Source of the DNA: Paraspadella gotoi
Taxonomy: Eukaryota; Animalia; Chaetognatha
Length of the DNA: 64,000 nucleotides
NCBI GenBank assembly: GCA_051294375.1
Contig: CM119263.1
Location: 14,090,414-14,154,413 of the forward strand
Direction: 5' to 3'
The notes beneath the pieces were generated by a model. That model saw only the letters and a program-made list of their open reading frames with translations, was not told the origin of the DNA and searched no databases. Made by a program: the position numbers and the translations under genes. How positions within the stretch are numbered: position 1 is the stretch's first letter; the number at the start of each line of letters is the position of its first letter. This document shows positions 36,401-50,660 of the stretch, in pieces.

Positions 36401-39357
36401 TGTTTTGATCCTCCGCACGCAATCGTGTTCGCTATCCTTGCGTGCAGATAACAGTGAGTCCACCTCGTCCATGAAAACGATCGATGGCTGTAATTCCTTT
36501 GCCACCGCAAACAGCGCCCGCACCAGCTTCTCCCCCTCGCCCACGTATTTAGACATCAACGAAGAGGCGGAGATGTTGAAAAAGGTCGCCGTGCTTTCGC
36601 TGGCCACTGCCTTTGCCAGCATTGTCTTCCCGTTGCCTGAAACATTAAGATCAGCGTATAGGCGTGTAGGGTCTTTTCAGTAAATCATGCTGATGAACAA
36701 ACAGTACGCGGCGGTTCAATCTACTCCTTTCTTGTCTCACCCGGCGGACCGAAGAGCAGAAGCCCTCTCGCTGGCGCCCTTAAGCCCGTAAAGAGCTCCG
36801 GCCTGAGCGCGGGTAGGATGACAATTTCGTATAGAGCCTGCTTAGCAGCCTGTTGTCCAGCCACGTCGTCGAAAAGAACGTTTGGCCCTCCGTCTACGAT
36901 CTCATCCAGTATAGTGTTGACGAGCTTACTGTCGACGTTTTTGAGGTGCGCAAGCCGCCGCTTGGCCGCTTTTCTGTCTATACCGCCGCCCTCGCCGCCT
37001 GTCCGCCAATTGCGGTTTTTATAAGAACCGTGCGAGTGAGGAATTCCCGCAGATGGCGAACCAGGGCGAAAAAACGATGTTTTTTGTAACGGCGAAGAGG
37101 GGTCCGATGATTGGCTTGGATAGCTTAAATAATGTCAAGACAAAGTTCTATTAGTTTACACCGTAAATGAACATCGTTCAAAATTGTTTCTAAAATTCCG
37201 ACAAAAACCACTTTACTGTGCAAAAAATGCTCATTTCGAGGCTCAACATTGTTGAGTCAACAGTCCACAATTAATCAGACCTTTTTGGAGAGCCGTTATA
37301 ATTTTATTAAAAACGTACCGCTTCCTCGGTAGTTGGGGCGAAATAAGCGGGTGGGCGTGTGCTACGTGTTGTGGGTGTCCACCGCCGGCCTGGCGCGTAG
37401 GGGACGAAGGGGAAGAGCCGGCATAACTGGCCGGAGAAATAGGGGACACAAAGCCAGAATAAGATCGCTGGTGGTGGTGGTGGTGATAGTGGTGAGGGTG
37501 GGTTGTTGATTCGTGCTGCCTGACTGAGGAAAGCGGTACGCGCTTTCCGCTGCCTAACGAGGTAACCGGGGGTCGACACTCTGAATCGCTGGAAGGTGAA
37601 TCGCCGGAATGAGAGAGGGCGGGGGTCGGTGCTGTGGGGGAGGATGATTGGGCTGGCACCGGGGCGCCACCAAACGACGTCGGTCCGTAAGAGGACGCGC
37701 TCAGAGCGCCATGCTCGCCGGAAGCCGAGAAGTTCCGAGGCAGCGTGTTGCTTCTCGACGCTTCGTGATTGCCGTACGAGCGCCGCGGCTTCCGACCGGC
37801 GTGGTACTGCTGCTGCTGGTTTTGGGATGTTGCCCACTGCTGCATTTGTTGTTGCATTGTCGCAGTAGCTCCTACGTGGGATGCTACTAGAACGTCGAGA
37901 CGATCTTTTGCCATAACCAGGTTTGCCCTCATTTTCTGCTGTAGTCGACTGGCGCGACCCCAGACTTCGCCGACTCCGGAACAGTCGATGGCGATGCCTT
38001 TCTCCATCTCTTCGATACCTTTGTAGCGGGCGGGTAAAAGAGACATAAGAAATAAATTGATGTTGATGCTTCGCACTGATGAAGACATTCAAAACAAAGA
38101 GTCGAAACGTTTTTTATTGTCAAAAATCGTTGTAACAAATAAAAAAAGAAAACACACACACCTTTTTTGTAAAGGTCGATGGCCTGCTCCTTCCTGGACG
38201 GGTCTTCCTCGTCAAGCTTTAAGGCTTTGGAAATATATTCAAAGGCTTTACGATGGTGGTGCTTCTGTTTAGCCAAAACCGGTTCCGCGGGTCCGGGCTG
38301 GGGTAGGGCGTGGGGGTAAGGCGAAACAGCGGTGGAAAGGGTGGGACTTGGATAAGGCAAGTTCGGCGCCTGAAACGCAGCCGACGCTGATGAGTTTTCC
38401 GTCAGTGGGGAGGACGTCATCCCCGAAGGCTCTCCCTCGCAAGTCATGGCGCACAACTGTGGCGTTTCGGCGTCGGTGCTGTCATCGCGGGAACGACGTT
38501 CCTCGTGGCGCCGCAACCGCGCGTCTTCCGCTGGGACGCAAATACGAACTTGTTGGAGGGAGTGAGCGTCCTTGTGTTTTAAGGGGTGTTGATGAGGAGG
38601 CGCGGCTTCTGCGGCGGTGGCCATTGACCCAGACACTGTTGTCTGGTGACGTCGTTCTCTTGATCCCGGCGAAAGCCCGTTGTTTGGTGCGCTCGATGAA
38701 GCGTCCCTAGACGAAATCTTCTCGAGTTGATCCTGTGAAAATCCCGTAGGGGATTATCGATTATGTAGGTCAAAACAGACAAGCGAATAATGGCGCACTC
38801 TTCTCTCTCTCTCACTCTCTCTCTCTGAATTGTTATCGTCTTGATTTATTTATATCTCTTCCATTTTGAACTTTCACACTCTTGATCTCGCTTTATTCCC
38901 ATCTCTCCAGTCACTCCTATTTCTTCTCCTTCGCGTAACCCCTCGTTACCTTTGCCCGGCCTTCCTCGCAAGTCTCCAAATTCTTGTTCTTGCCCGGCAG
39001 AATCCAGTCGTAATGGTTGATGACGAAAGCGAAGAAGACCCAGAGTTGAAAGGCGAGGAACCGAATGACGCCGAAAACTAGGATGACCGGGAGCGACGCC
39101 GCGTTGAGGTTCCGTTTATGCGGTGATCCTGCGCAAGAGGGCTCCGGGGAAGGCGGCGCCTCCGAGTTCGAGCGCCGCGTCCGACGAGGCGACGTTTGGG
39201 AGGAGGCGGAGGCCGTTCGTGGCCTTCCTCCAGGGCGACCCACGATGCCGCCTCCGCCTCCTCCAACGCCGCCCCCAGAACCCCGCCGACTTTCGGTGCT
39301 CTCGCTTCTCGATCCTCGCAGACTTGATTTTCGGCTGTGTTTTTCCCCATTTCCCAT
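33438..39357 (-). CDS. SPAST: Spastin (microtubule-severing AAA ATPase; hydrophobic hairpin + MIT + AAA), ~8 exons
   Basis: SPHKRNL...[16 protein letters not shown] hairpin; [33 protein letters not shown]; Walker A LLLFGPPG|NGKT; [11 protein letters not shown]; [15 protein letters not shown]; [14 protein letters not shown]. First in-frame ATG at 39357. Confidence 0.95.
34198..34243 (-). ncRNA. Minimal type I hammerhead ribozyme motif (PLE-type) in a spastin intron
   Basis: Minus strand reads tcg-CTGATGA-a-gactc-gaaaatcaa-gagtc-GAAA-catGTC-cga: intact core, 5-bp stem II, palindromic ACATGT stem III and 3-bp stem I. Confidence 0.6.
34435..35170 (-). repeat. Dispersed repeat family B (copy in the last spastin intron, with an internal duplication)
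   Basis: Inverted homology to 26488-26985; an internal ~140-bp block is repeated (34605-34740 / 34750-34890). Confidence 0.75.
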
Positions 39358-42300
39358 TTTCGAGTGTTTTTTTCCTCCTGTTTTGTCCTTTCGTGGCACC
39401 GAATTGTCTCTGATCGTTTTTTTCCCCCTTTTTTTTTATCGCAGACGTTTTTTTTCCTTCCCTCGTACACCACGCAACGGAGAATCGAGTCTCAATTCAA
39501 TCTTTCCTCTGTTTTCGTCCACGCAGCAACATTTTTTCCCAGTTTCCGTCATTTTTTTCCTCGTTTCTCTTCCCTCATTTCTCCCCTTCATTTCCTCCGC
39601 CTGAATTCGCTTTCTTTCCACGAGGTCTCTCCCAAGCCAAAGTCTTCTTCTGCGTGGAACTGATCGAACGCCTCAGTAATTTCACCCGCGACATCTGACG
39701 GAGAGATAAATTCGCTGAGAACGCGAGAAACTCAACACAAATCTTGGATCGAGGGACGTGAGAGAATGAGAGTCTTGTTTCTCAGTCGTGCGCGATGACT
39801 CACTCTGTGAACGTTTTTAACTTAAGCCGCGCGTCAGTAATTGCGGGGAAAAGGCGTCGAAGCCATTATGATTATAATTATTGTGTGAGCGTCAATCCTT
39901 AAGAGTTTCCGCAGCGAAATTCGGGTCGACCGATAAACCGTCAACGATACTCGATATCGTCGAAATAACAGCGGCCCCAGCTCGTGAAGCGATGAGAAAG
40001 CTTAAGTTCGGGTTATTGGAAAGGGGGGGCTCGCAGTGAGAGTGAAGGAGGGACGAGAAAGAAAAGGCGAGGCAGAGGAATGGTTTCGCAAAAACGGGAT
40101 AGCGGGAAGGGAAAGTCCGTGGCGAAGAATAAATCTGCTCCCCCGATGGCGAAGGAGGCTTTTCCTCAAGTTTTATTGGCTGCGACTTCGATGAAAGGAA
40201 AAACTGTGGGTGGAAAGCAAAACGGATTTCACGCAAATCAAAGATTTTTTTTTTCTTTAGAACTAAGGAGATTATAGCTCATTTATTAAGGCGGTCTTTC
40301 ATTGAGGGTTTTCTTTTTCATGAATTAATCTATAGTGGGAGAGGGGGAGGAGAGAGAGAGGGAGATATACATATATATATAAAGACAGAAGAGAAAGAGA
40401 GAGAGAGTATGGGCAAATGGGGTATGCCGAGAAAGGGTGGAGGTATGCTTTTAAATTGCGTCGTTTTAGTTTTTTCTGTTTTTCAAATATCATGACCCGA
40501 ATGAAATTTCATGTTTCCACAGCTGGAGGTCGGCCCGAAAAAAGCCGACTCGTTGTAGCGGGCATCGACGGTCGAGGCGCTGCGAAATACATTTGTTGAA
40601 GAAGCCGTCGAGGCAGAATCGAAAATTTGAACTACGACGCTGAGAGAGTTCGATGGTAAAACAACGCGTCGGGACGAGTCGTTACGTAGTACGAGAGATA
40701 GAGAGAACGAGAAAGAGCGTCTCCAGAAATTCTGGCACCTCTTGATCGCGAGGCCGAGCCGACACGAATATAGAAGCAACTCGCACATGCAGAAGTCCTC
40801 TCCATTTTCTGAGAGTCGCGCGAAACGACGTCTTCCGACCGTGTTGGCCAATTGGCGCCCGAACCGTCGCAACGTTTCGACCAATCAACACCCACCGCTT
40901 GATGGAAAGGCGCGCGGCGAGGTTCAGCTGAAAGCTCAACTTATTCATCGTTGTCGCGATAAAAAGAAGAGGGATGGGGGAAGAGATGATTTTACGTCGG
41001 GTGGAATAGAACAAACGGACGAATGTTTTGGCATTAAACAATTTTAAAGGAACGCGTAATCGGTTTTCTAACACCAATAAATTTTTTTTTTAGAGAGTGA
41101 TGACACCCTCGCACATGTAACTATGACTAGATTTTGGAGATAGTTCTTCTGTTATTATTAGGGGGAGCCTAACTCAGTAAAGTGGTTAAGATATTTGAAT
41201 TAAGCACCTGCTCAAACGATAATTTAGACATTTTTTTAAAAAATTGAATAGAAAATAATTTATAATATTACTCCATATTCCATATATTATTTTTTTAATA
41301 TTTATTTATAAATAGGAAAAGCTAAAATTTTTTAAAAGATTTTTTAATTTTTAAGATCAGATTCAGAAAGCTTGCAAAAGTTATCTACACAAAGTTTAAT
41401 TCTTTTTTCGATATTTTGATCATAAGTGGGTGAAAAATATGAAAAACTATTTATAATCATCATCATTATCATCTTTCGATAATTTTATTACTTTTTCTTA
41501 ATTATCGCCTCCCTCCCTCACACGGGAATTAAAATATAAAAATATTAACATAGTTTCCAAGCTTTTAAAAATCTTTCACAGTCTAGTTCATTGAGAGTGC
41601 TTAGCTTCGCTATCAAGAAGTAATATAATATTTTTTAACCGTTCCAATTTCAACTGTTTAACGTGGTTATACTTATACTGTAATAGTTATACTGTAATAG
41701 TTACTGTAATACTTATAGTTATAGCATGCGTGGAGTGTGCCCTGTTCATTTGTTTTATTTTTCTACACTTTATATGACATGACCTCTACGGCCGTCAGCT
41801 AAAACGATTTTTATAATGTACAAATAAAAACGGCCATTTTTTATTATCTACTTTATATCAAGTTCTATTTCTAATTTTTTTAAATATATTTTTGAATTGT
41901 AATTTATATTTTTCATCCCTTTTCTTGAAATTTTGTCAGGATAATTGTAATTATTAATATTGAGGGAATATTGAGTTGAAAAAAAAGAGTCGGGCAATGA
42001 AGTATCACAGTCTGCCATCAATAAAATATCTAATAACTTTAATAATTTTTTTCAGTCTTGTAGCGATCAGTAAATATAATAATTTAATAACATAACGATA
42101 AAGAAATTTCTTTCCATTTTGCAACACGCTCTAATTTAAAGAAAAGAACGTAATACTAATAGGGAATAATAAGAGAATAAGAATAGTATGAGAAAAAAAA
42201 GTATGGCACTTGAAATAGAGAATTGAAAACGCCAAAAAAGGGGTGAATTTGAATTGTATATTGTATATTATATTATATATTATATAGTATATTCGTTTTT

Positions 42301-45300
42301 GCCCCTGTTCCCGTAACGCACCCTGGGCATTACGTTCCGTTATGTTATGCGGCTTTGTTCGGTTTGGTTCTGGTAAATTCCCCCTCGATCTCCAATTCGG
42401 TAACTTGAGAATCTTACGCATGTATAAAGTCAAAGACAACGAAAGGGAAGTCATAAACGGTACATGATTGGTCGACTATCATCTTCAAAGGTATCGATGA
42501 TTGGTTGAAATCCTCGCAGCTGCTACGACGGAGGCAATTTTTTTTTCTTTTTAGCTTTTTTCAAATGTAAAGGAGATAAGATTAGAGCCGTAATCCGCTT
42601 TACCGCGTTTAGTTCGCCAGTCCCACAACTAACGATGCATGTAATATCAATCTGAGGTGTGGGTGGGACGAAGTGGGGCAAATCGAACCCAAAGTTAAAA
42701 GGTCACAGCCACATGTAATAATATTGTGTAGTTAGTACTTTTGGAATTTTGTTGTCGACGACCGAACTGGGCAGGAGAGTGACTGATTCGGAGCGGTACT
42801 CCCAGTCGACCTCCGACAGCCCTGAGCCGCTTTGAATTGCCCAGACGGAACGGTAGAGACGCCCCCAATTTGGAGTAAGAAACACGAGATCGAGGATAAC
42901 ATATCTATTGGAAAACTGGAACAGAAAGTAATCTAACCTTGTGTTGTGTATATGCACCCTCTATTTCCAGAAGACAACACTAACGTCCCCATCCCAAACA
43001 GATAAAAAAATAATATATTTAAATATTTAACACAAAAATATTTAACAAATAAATAAAATCATAAATATTAGATATTTTTAATCTAAAAAATAAAAAATAA
43101 TTAAACAAGTAATTTTGCAATATCATTTTCTCAGTTTGTTAACTTAATTCCTATTGAAAGGTTGAAAATTAGCTACGAAATGTAAAAATATCTGTAAATG
43201 TAAAAAATGATATTATCGTTTTTATTGAACATCTCGTCGGATTCAATCAAATTTTTTACTAGTTCTCTGCTAATACAGGATACAATGCTGAATTCTGAAT
43301 TCAGAATTCTGTAAAGCCAATTTTATGGTTACCCTAGGTTTACCATCTTTCACTAAACTCTGGGGATTTCTCGCCGGCTTTGGAAGACGTATTTAGTTAA
43401 ATAAACAGCACAGGCCTGTCGATTTTTCTTCTCTCTTTTTATATATTTTTCTCTTGCTTAATTTTTATCTATCTTTTTATATTATTTCTCTCTTTTCACA
43501 TACCCCAAGTCCGCTTCTTTCACAAACAAATTTTTATATCTTTCACAGTTCACACACCCTTTCGCTTTCTCACACTCTCTCTTACTCTGACCCTCTCCCG
43601 ATCGTCATTTTCGCATCGTTGGCTCGTCCGGTTGGTCGGTGCCTCCGCCCGGCCAAGACGCCGGGGGAGGAGGCCTGGCCGATGTTGATGGGACGTAAAG
43701 ACGAGAAAAAAGTGTTTTACTCTGATTTACGGGATCGTAAAAAGGTCGCCCTCCGAAATCCGAGGTAGGAACTCGGGTGGAACCCCGATCGCAACGCTTC
43801 GGCGGAGCTTCGATCGTTACCCGCAAAGACGCTACCGGTTGAAACGAGCTACCAGTTTTATGACGATGGAGGAGGAGTAGATATTCGTTGCTCTATCTCT
43901 CAGTCTCTCTTTTTTTTTTCTTTCTTTATATCTGAGTCTGACTGGCCAGAGCTCGTCCCGTACGCAAAAATCTAGGCAGAGAACAATGTCTAATTAGAGT
44001 GAGAGAAAGAGAGAGTTTAGAGATCGTAATGATAATTTTTTAACAATTTTGTTACGACCAGAAAATAGAGACCAAGTTTTGAAAAAGAAATTAACCACCA
44101 TGGGGGCTGGGATTTAAGTCAATCAAGACAGCAAGGGATTCAGCAAGAGAACTAATGAAATTTGAGAAACTAAGAAGCAGCTGCTAACTGTTTGTATTTA
44201 TTTCTGTTTTCTCTTTCTTTTTTTTTCTCCCGTATTCCCTCCCATCCGCATTTCCTTTTTTTCTTCTTCACATCTCTTCTTTCCCCTCTTCGTACTATCT
44301 CTATCCCGAATCGCCAAGCGAATCGATCGATAATCACGTGACCTCTAAAAAACTGCTCCCCAGTGTCGTTCCTCCCCGTCTTTTACTGTCCTCGTCTTTC
44401 CACTTTTTTCCCCTTATCTCTCAGCAAAGGACGGGAAAAAAGGAACAACGGCCCAGAATTAAGCGGATTGACCCCGAAATTCGAGGTTCGGCCGCAGGGG
44501 TTGGCCCCGATTGATAGGCGGTCTCTACCCCGTTATGATCCGGTCCCTTTTTCCCCTTTTGTTCCCTTTTTTCTCTCATTTCCTTTTCGTTTTCATTTTC
44601 TCCTTTTCACGTTCCTTGTTTTTATTTTTATGTGTCCATTTCATCCTGTCTATTGTTTTTCTTTTTTCCTAAACTCTCCCTATCATTATTTTCGTCGTGA
44701 ATTTTGGAGGAGGCGAGGTCGAGGATGAGGACGCGGCTCCGAGGGATTGTTTCTCCATTCTGGGGTTGGTCCGTGAAGGCGGGGATTAGGGCCTGGTGAT
44801 GACGGGGTTTCTCAGTCCTCTCGGATCGGCGGGGACGCTTCAAACGCTCGGGTCGAGACTTCAAACGAGTCTCGATTCTTTTTTCTCTCAAACGTTTGGT
44901 GGTTTTGCCATCGAGAAACATGGATGGTCAACGGCCTGTTGATCTGAGCATCGCGGCACACTCTTCATTCACTGTTCAACAAACTCACTGTACACAATGT
45001 TTAAAAAACTATTACTTATAGTATAAGTGTCGCGAATACATTATTTCCGAGAAAACGTTTATTTTCGACGATTTCTCCCAAAATTTACGTATCGAATTTT
45101 ACGTCAAAAACTTTTGAACTACTACGTTGGTACTTTTTAAGTTCGTACTTTGGTTCTTCTGGATCTCAGAGCGATCGCGACCGGTTACGAAGCGGTGTTC
45201 AAGCTCTGATTATAAAATTGACGGCGAAGTCGGCGCGTTGAACCGAAGTTTTGTCAGCCCATGACGGTGATAACGGTTCTCAAGTGCCCGCCGTCCAATT

Positions 45301-46996
45301 GTTTTGACGAAAGAGGTTAAGGTGGTTCCTAAATTTATGTACATGATCGTTTCAAAAAAATCAATCGTCAGAAACTGAAACACTTCTCAATTTTCAATTA
45401 GTCTATTTATTGTTATGCATTTTGCTTTCTTATTCTGGTTTTAGTTCCCAGGTCGTGTCCTCATTCTGTTTCTCTTACGCGCATATAGTATCGCTAATCT
45501 TATTTTTTGTTCCCGTCTCTATGGGAAATTTCATGTCACTTTTCCATTTCCCGCTTTTGCGCTTCTCCTAAAAATCCATGTCACTTTTCCCATTTCCCGC
45601 CTTTCCGCTTCTCTTAAAAGTCGACGTTTTTTTCTCCGTCTCTCTCTATCTCTCCATCAAATTCTTTTTTTTTTTTTTTGCGTCGAACTCGTCGCGCGAG
45701 AATTTCGTCCAATCAACGAACTTGGACCATTGCCTTTTTTCCGCCGCGACGTCCACTCCCCGTGGAGACGTCGAAGTGTGAATTCTCAAAACGGAAAGCG
45801 TGATGGCATCGGCGGCGCCGGCCGCGTCGTCGGCAGTCTCGAATTCTCAAGAGAGCTATTCGGCCAAATATGGGCAAATTGCGCGCGCTCGTCCATTTTT
45901 TAAATTGGCTCCGTCCGTTTTTGACGTTAGCATGGGAAGGCTTTGCATCTCGAGAGAGGTGTCATGTGAAAGAACTGTGAAAAGGATCCATTGTTCTAAG
46001 CTATTGGGTATTAATACATATCGATGTCGATGTCTGTATATTACTAACTATTATTAACGAATTCTTTGTAGTATTTTTTTATTCACTTCTCATGCCAACT
46101 ATAATAATAAAAAATTATGTGCAATAGGAAGTTATAGAAAGTCACAAATTAAATTTATTTAATTTTTATTTTGGGGTACAGAAGAAAAAAAACTTCAGTC
46201 GATCTCCTATTCTGAGCGAAACGAAAATCGCATTATGTAAAAACTGAGAATAACAAATTTTTGACCAATTCGTGCATTCATTTGAGGGATCACCTCTCTT
46301 CCTCTTCGTCTTACCATTGAACAACCTTGAATAAGGAAGAGAATTCCTCTTCTTATCGGAAAAGCCCAACAACAAAATCCTCTTTTTTTTCAGAAAAGTC
46401 GATTTTTGACGCAATTTTTTTTTTCGGTATTTGTCATCTCAATTTATTCTCAAATTCGCCCCCGAATTTTTTTTTTTCTCGATCGAGAGAAGGCCAGCCC
46501 GCCGTATTTCTATATTTTTTTTGGTCCCTTTTACTCTTGCGGTCGTCATCCACGCTATCAACTTATCAGAATCGTCATCGGGCGTAATCATTATCGTTAA
46601 CTTGATGAAGTCGTAATTAGAATTTAGGGAAGTAGGGAGAGACCGAGAGAAAGAGGGCGAGGGAGAAGTAAACGAAGGAGAGTTGATAATATTATGAGCG
46701 CTTAACAGTAGAGCGCCCAAAAGGTTTCTAAAATTAAAAGGGAAACAAAATGAAACGCGAAAACACTCAATTAGGTTGATTATTCTGCTGTTAGTTTTTT
46801 AAAGGCATCGTTTCAAGCGCTGTTTTTTTTTTTTGCATCATTTTTATGACAATTTTTTCCATCGTTCTCATTTAAGCCTAAAATTGAAAGTCTGCTTCTG
46901 CCAAAGTTGTTTTCATTCAGGAAGCAGCAAAAGCGGATAGAATCATCTATTTGCGTTTGCCAAATTCAGCGTGGCGGCACAGGAAAATTCTCTCTC

Positions 46997-47006
46997 NNNN
47001 NNNNNN
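46997..47006. other. Assembly gap (10 N) inside a (TC)n run
   Basis: nnnnnnnnnn in the sequence. Confidence 0.99.
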
Positions 47007-48507
47007 TCTCTCTCTCTCACACAATCTCTTTTTCTTTTATTTTTTCTTTCATTCCCCTTCTTCTGGCCACATTTTTCTACCTTGGATCCCTTGTTTTCGA
47101 AGGGAACCGGTCCCCGGAATGTTTTATTCTATCGGCTTTCTTCTGATTTTTTTGGCAGCTTTTCTTCTTTTCACTCTCTTTCTTTCTCTCTCTCACTCTC
47201 TTGCCCAGGATATAAAATGTTCTTTTTTGAGCCAATTTTTTTCCCAGACTCTTCTCGTTTGTTCATCTCTTTAAGCTTAAAATAACCTTTTAATGATAAA
47301 AACAGTAGGGTTGGAAGTTCTCAGTTTTTGTCTGATTTAAGACTCTCTTAAAACTACTTTCCGTTCTTCGATCTTCTTTTCCCTTCTCACTTATTCCATT
47401 TATTTAAAACATTTTTTATGTCTCTTCTCCGGAATTTTTCTTTCAGACGATTGGAATTTTGCATCAGCTTTTGTTTCTCTCACTTCGTCGAATAAAAAAG
47501 ACGCTGAATTTTAGTTTCTTTTCACGTAAAATGGACTTTAGGCAGCATCTCATTGGTCCCGTTTACCGGACACATTTTTTTTTGCAGTACCAGTTCATAG
47601 AAGATTGAAAGCGTTTAAAAAAAAAATTAACCGTATTCTATAATCTTGGTTCCTCACACTTGGTCAACGACCTGAATGTGGTCGGTGTTAGGTTTGCGGT
47701 CTTTCGTCGGCTTAGGCGTCGTTATAATCGTCGTCGTCTTCGTCGTCTGAGCCGAACGAATGAAAACATTTCTGGCGTTCTTTTTCCGAGCTCAGAGCTT
47801 TCCCCTTTTTCCTTTTTTTTTATCTCATTGTAAACTTTGCGAAAATCCAAAAGATTTTTCTGCCATTTTTTTTAGTCCTCTGTCGACCAACAAAATCTGA
47901 ACAGATCAGAGAGAATTCCCTATAAAAATTCGAACGAAAAGTTCCGATTCTTCCAATTGTTTTCATAAAACTGTTTCAACAAAATGACGAGGTGTATCGA
48001 AATTTGTATCTGGCTTCTTGGCACGTTTTTGACTTCGCTTATTCCAGATTATATGGTCTGTGTTACGTTAATATTGCTAAATTTTATTATTCGTATTAAA
48101 AACAATTATCGATCACATTCTACAAGCTTTCGGGGACGACACCAAGAAAACCTTTTAATACGTCGGTCTCGAAACTCATAAAATTATTTAAAAGTTTAAA
48201 ATTATTTCGAAAATGACCGAATGAAGAATAAACCGAAGAGAAAATGGAATGTCTAAAGTTTCGTTCGATAAACTCGCGCATGAAAAATTCGAAAAAGTTG
48301 AACTGGGAAATAAATTTCGAATCTTGACGTCCTTAAAATACCGAAGGCTTCTGCTAATTGCCAGCGGACACGGTAATATATTTTAAACTCTTTTCTTCTT
48401 TTCTATTCTTTGTTGGGCTAGCGGCGAGAAAGAGAAACGGTGGTTATTTTGGAGACCAAGGCGCGTTCACAAATGTCCTTTTTTTTCCCCCAGCACTTGA
48501 AAAGTTT

Positions 48508-48765
48508 TAACTTCAAGAACCAATAGAAGGAGTTTGAATTTGCTTTCAACAACGATTTATTAATACATAGAGACGTACATGTTTCGGCTTTTAGTTTACA
48601 AACCTTCATTTCATTTTCTCTGACGCTGAAGAAGGCTTGTCAACTAAAAGCCGAAACATGTAAGTCTCTATGTATTAATAAATCGTTGTTGAAAGCAAAT
48701 TCAAACTCCTTCTATTATTTCAAACACAACGAAACGAAAGGAAGTTCATGATAACTTCAAGAACT
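48508..48765 (+). mobile_element. Penelope-like element remnant: inverted pseudo-LTR pair with a hammerhead motif, flanked by a 13-bp direct repeat
   Basis: ~85-bp near-perfect inverted arms (48522-48608 / 48630-48716); CTGAAGA-aggc..gcc-GAAACATGTA then AATAAA; taacttcaagaac at both ends. Confidence 0.7.
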
Positions 48766-49871
48766 ATAGAATCTATAGATTATAATTTGATTTGTGCGTT
48801 TTGTGATTTAACGACTCGGATCTTCTTTTTCTTTTCTTCGAACCGACGGGCATTTCAATGGTCAAGTCATCTTTCGAATCAACTCTGTAATGAAGGCCAC
48901 ACCTTTGCTCGAACCCGCTCTGAAGAATCCTTGCCGTCCCCTTTCAGAACTCTAGACATCCATCGCCAAGTCATTTTATCACTCCAAACTTTTTTTCACC
49001 CCTGCCACTCTAAAAACCCACCTCTCTTCTTCAAAAGAGTCTGGATGAAGTTCGCGTCAAACGTTTGTTTACATTAAAAGTCGACCAAAAATTATCACCA
49101 GGGAAAATAAGGAGAGAAACAGAGGTTTTTTAATTTTGGTATATATATATATAGATATATGTGTTAATTTTTTTAAATTAAAAAATCATACATATTTTTA
49201 ACGTATTTTTAAAATTTCTTCAATTTAATATTGTATTGAAAAAATATTTGTAATTTTAATTTTTGTGTTTCCGCTTCAGTTGTGTATTTCTGAAGGCAAT
49301 AAAAAGGATATTTCTGAAAAGTAGTAGTTATAGTAATAATAATAGTATTAACTGTAGCAGTATTAGTGCACACATTATTGCCAAAAAAAAAAATATTTGG
49401 CGTCGGTTTGACGTTCGAATCTCGAATTCCACGTCTACCCATCGACGGCGACGACAGCGTTTGGAGGCGACATGTTGAAGTGGTTCGCCAGTCGACGACC
49501 TGCTGGGGATTGACAGGAGAAAAACTTGACTTGACTGTTGAAGACCGAATGCGGGCTGCGGAGTGGGTGAGCTCGTCTAAGCCTCAGGTCTATTCTTTTC
49601 AACTTTAATCTCCCTTTGCAATAAAACACGATTCAATATATTTTTAAACAGACAAAGAGCTCATTTTTTCTCTGTTTATATTGATTACGCTCTAAAAAAA
49701 CAAAAAACAAATTTTTTGAATTCAGTCGGGAGAAACTGAAAACAATATCAAAGGATAAAATATTTATGAATTCGAGAGGTAGCCTTGAATTCTGTTGATG
49801 TGTTGTTTGCACGTGAAGAAAAATAAAGAGAGAAGATAAGATTAGCGAAAGGGTGAGAGAGAGTGAGAGAG

Positions 49872-49907
<36 letters not shown>

Positions 49908-50309
49908 CGCAGATGTGGTCTCAACGGATTCTCCGAGTGGGAGTTCTTTCAAGTTCGCAGGCAGGTGGGTCAGCAAAGATATACGAGGGTCAACGTTTGG
50001 TTATGTGCGTCTTGCGACAAAAGATTTTTTTTTTTTGACAATGAATAAAAAAATGTTCTGAGTTCGCATCGTGCGAAGGGCGAGATTTGGAGAACGGGAG
50101 AAAGCCAGGGGGATTTGAAGGGAACTCCCGACTATTTGAGGCTTTGAGCTTCTCGAAAAATAAAAACGAGGATCGATTTGGATAAAGAATAAAGAATCGG
50201 GAAAATGTTGTCTTATCGCTTCGAGTCTTTCAGTCTTTTGAGTACTGAGTGAGACGGGGAAGGCTTCGGCTTTGCTCCTCCAAATCTCCGCCAGATATGC
50301 TATGCCATG

Positions 50310-50362
50310 ATTCCTTTTTTCTTTCTTTCTTTCTTTCTTTCTTTTCTTTCTTTTCTTTCTTT

Positions 50363-50398
<36 letters not shown>

Positions 50399-50408
50399 TT
50401 CTTTCTTT

Positions 50409-50460
<52 letters not shown>

Positions 50461-50660
50461 TTCCTTCTTGTCTTTCTTTCTTTCTTTTCTTTCTTGTCTT
50501 TCTTTCTTTTCTTTTCTTTTCTTTTCTTTTCTTTCTTTCTTTTCTTTGTTTCTCCTTTTCTTTTCTTTTCCTTTCTTCTTTTTTGTCTTTTTTTTTTCTG
50601 TTCTTTTTTTCTGTTTTTAAATTGTTTCTGTTTTTCTTTCTTTTTTCCTCGTTTTTTAAA
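50310..50660. repeat. (TTTC)n-type polypyrimidine tract; similar GA/TC tracts at 54300-54410, 55925-56290, 61770-61865 and 62275-62420
   Basis: Directly visible simple repeats. Confidence 0.9.

Noticed and set aside
33438-39357. Spastin as a member of the ciliary operon
   Set aside because: It is on the opposite strand and convergent, so it cannot be co-transcribed.
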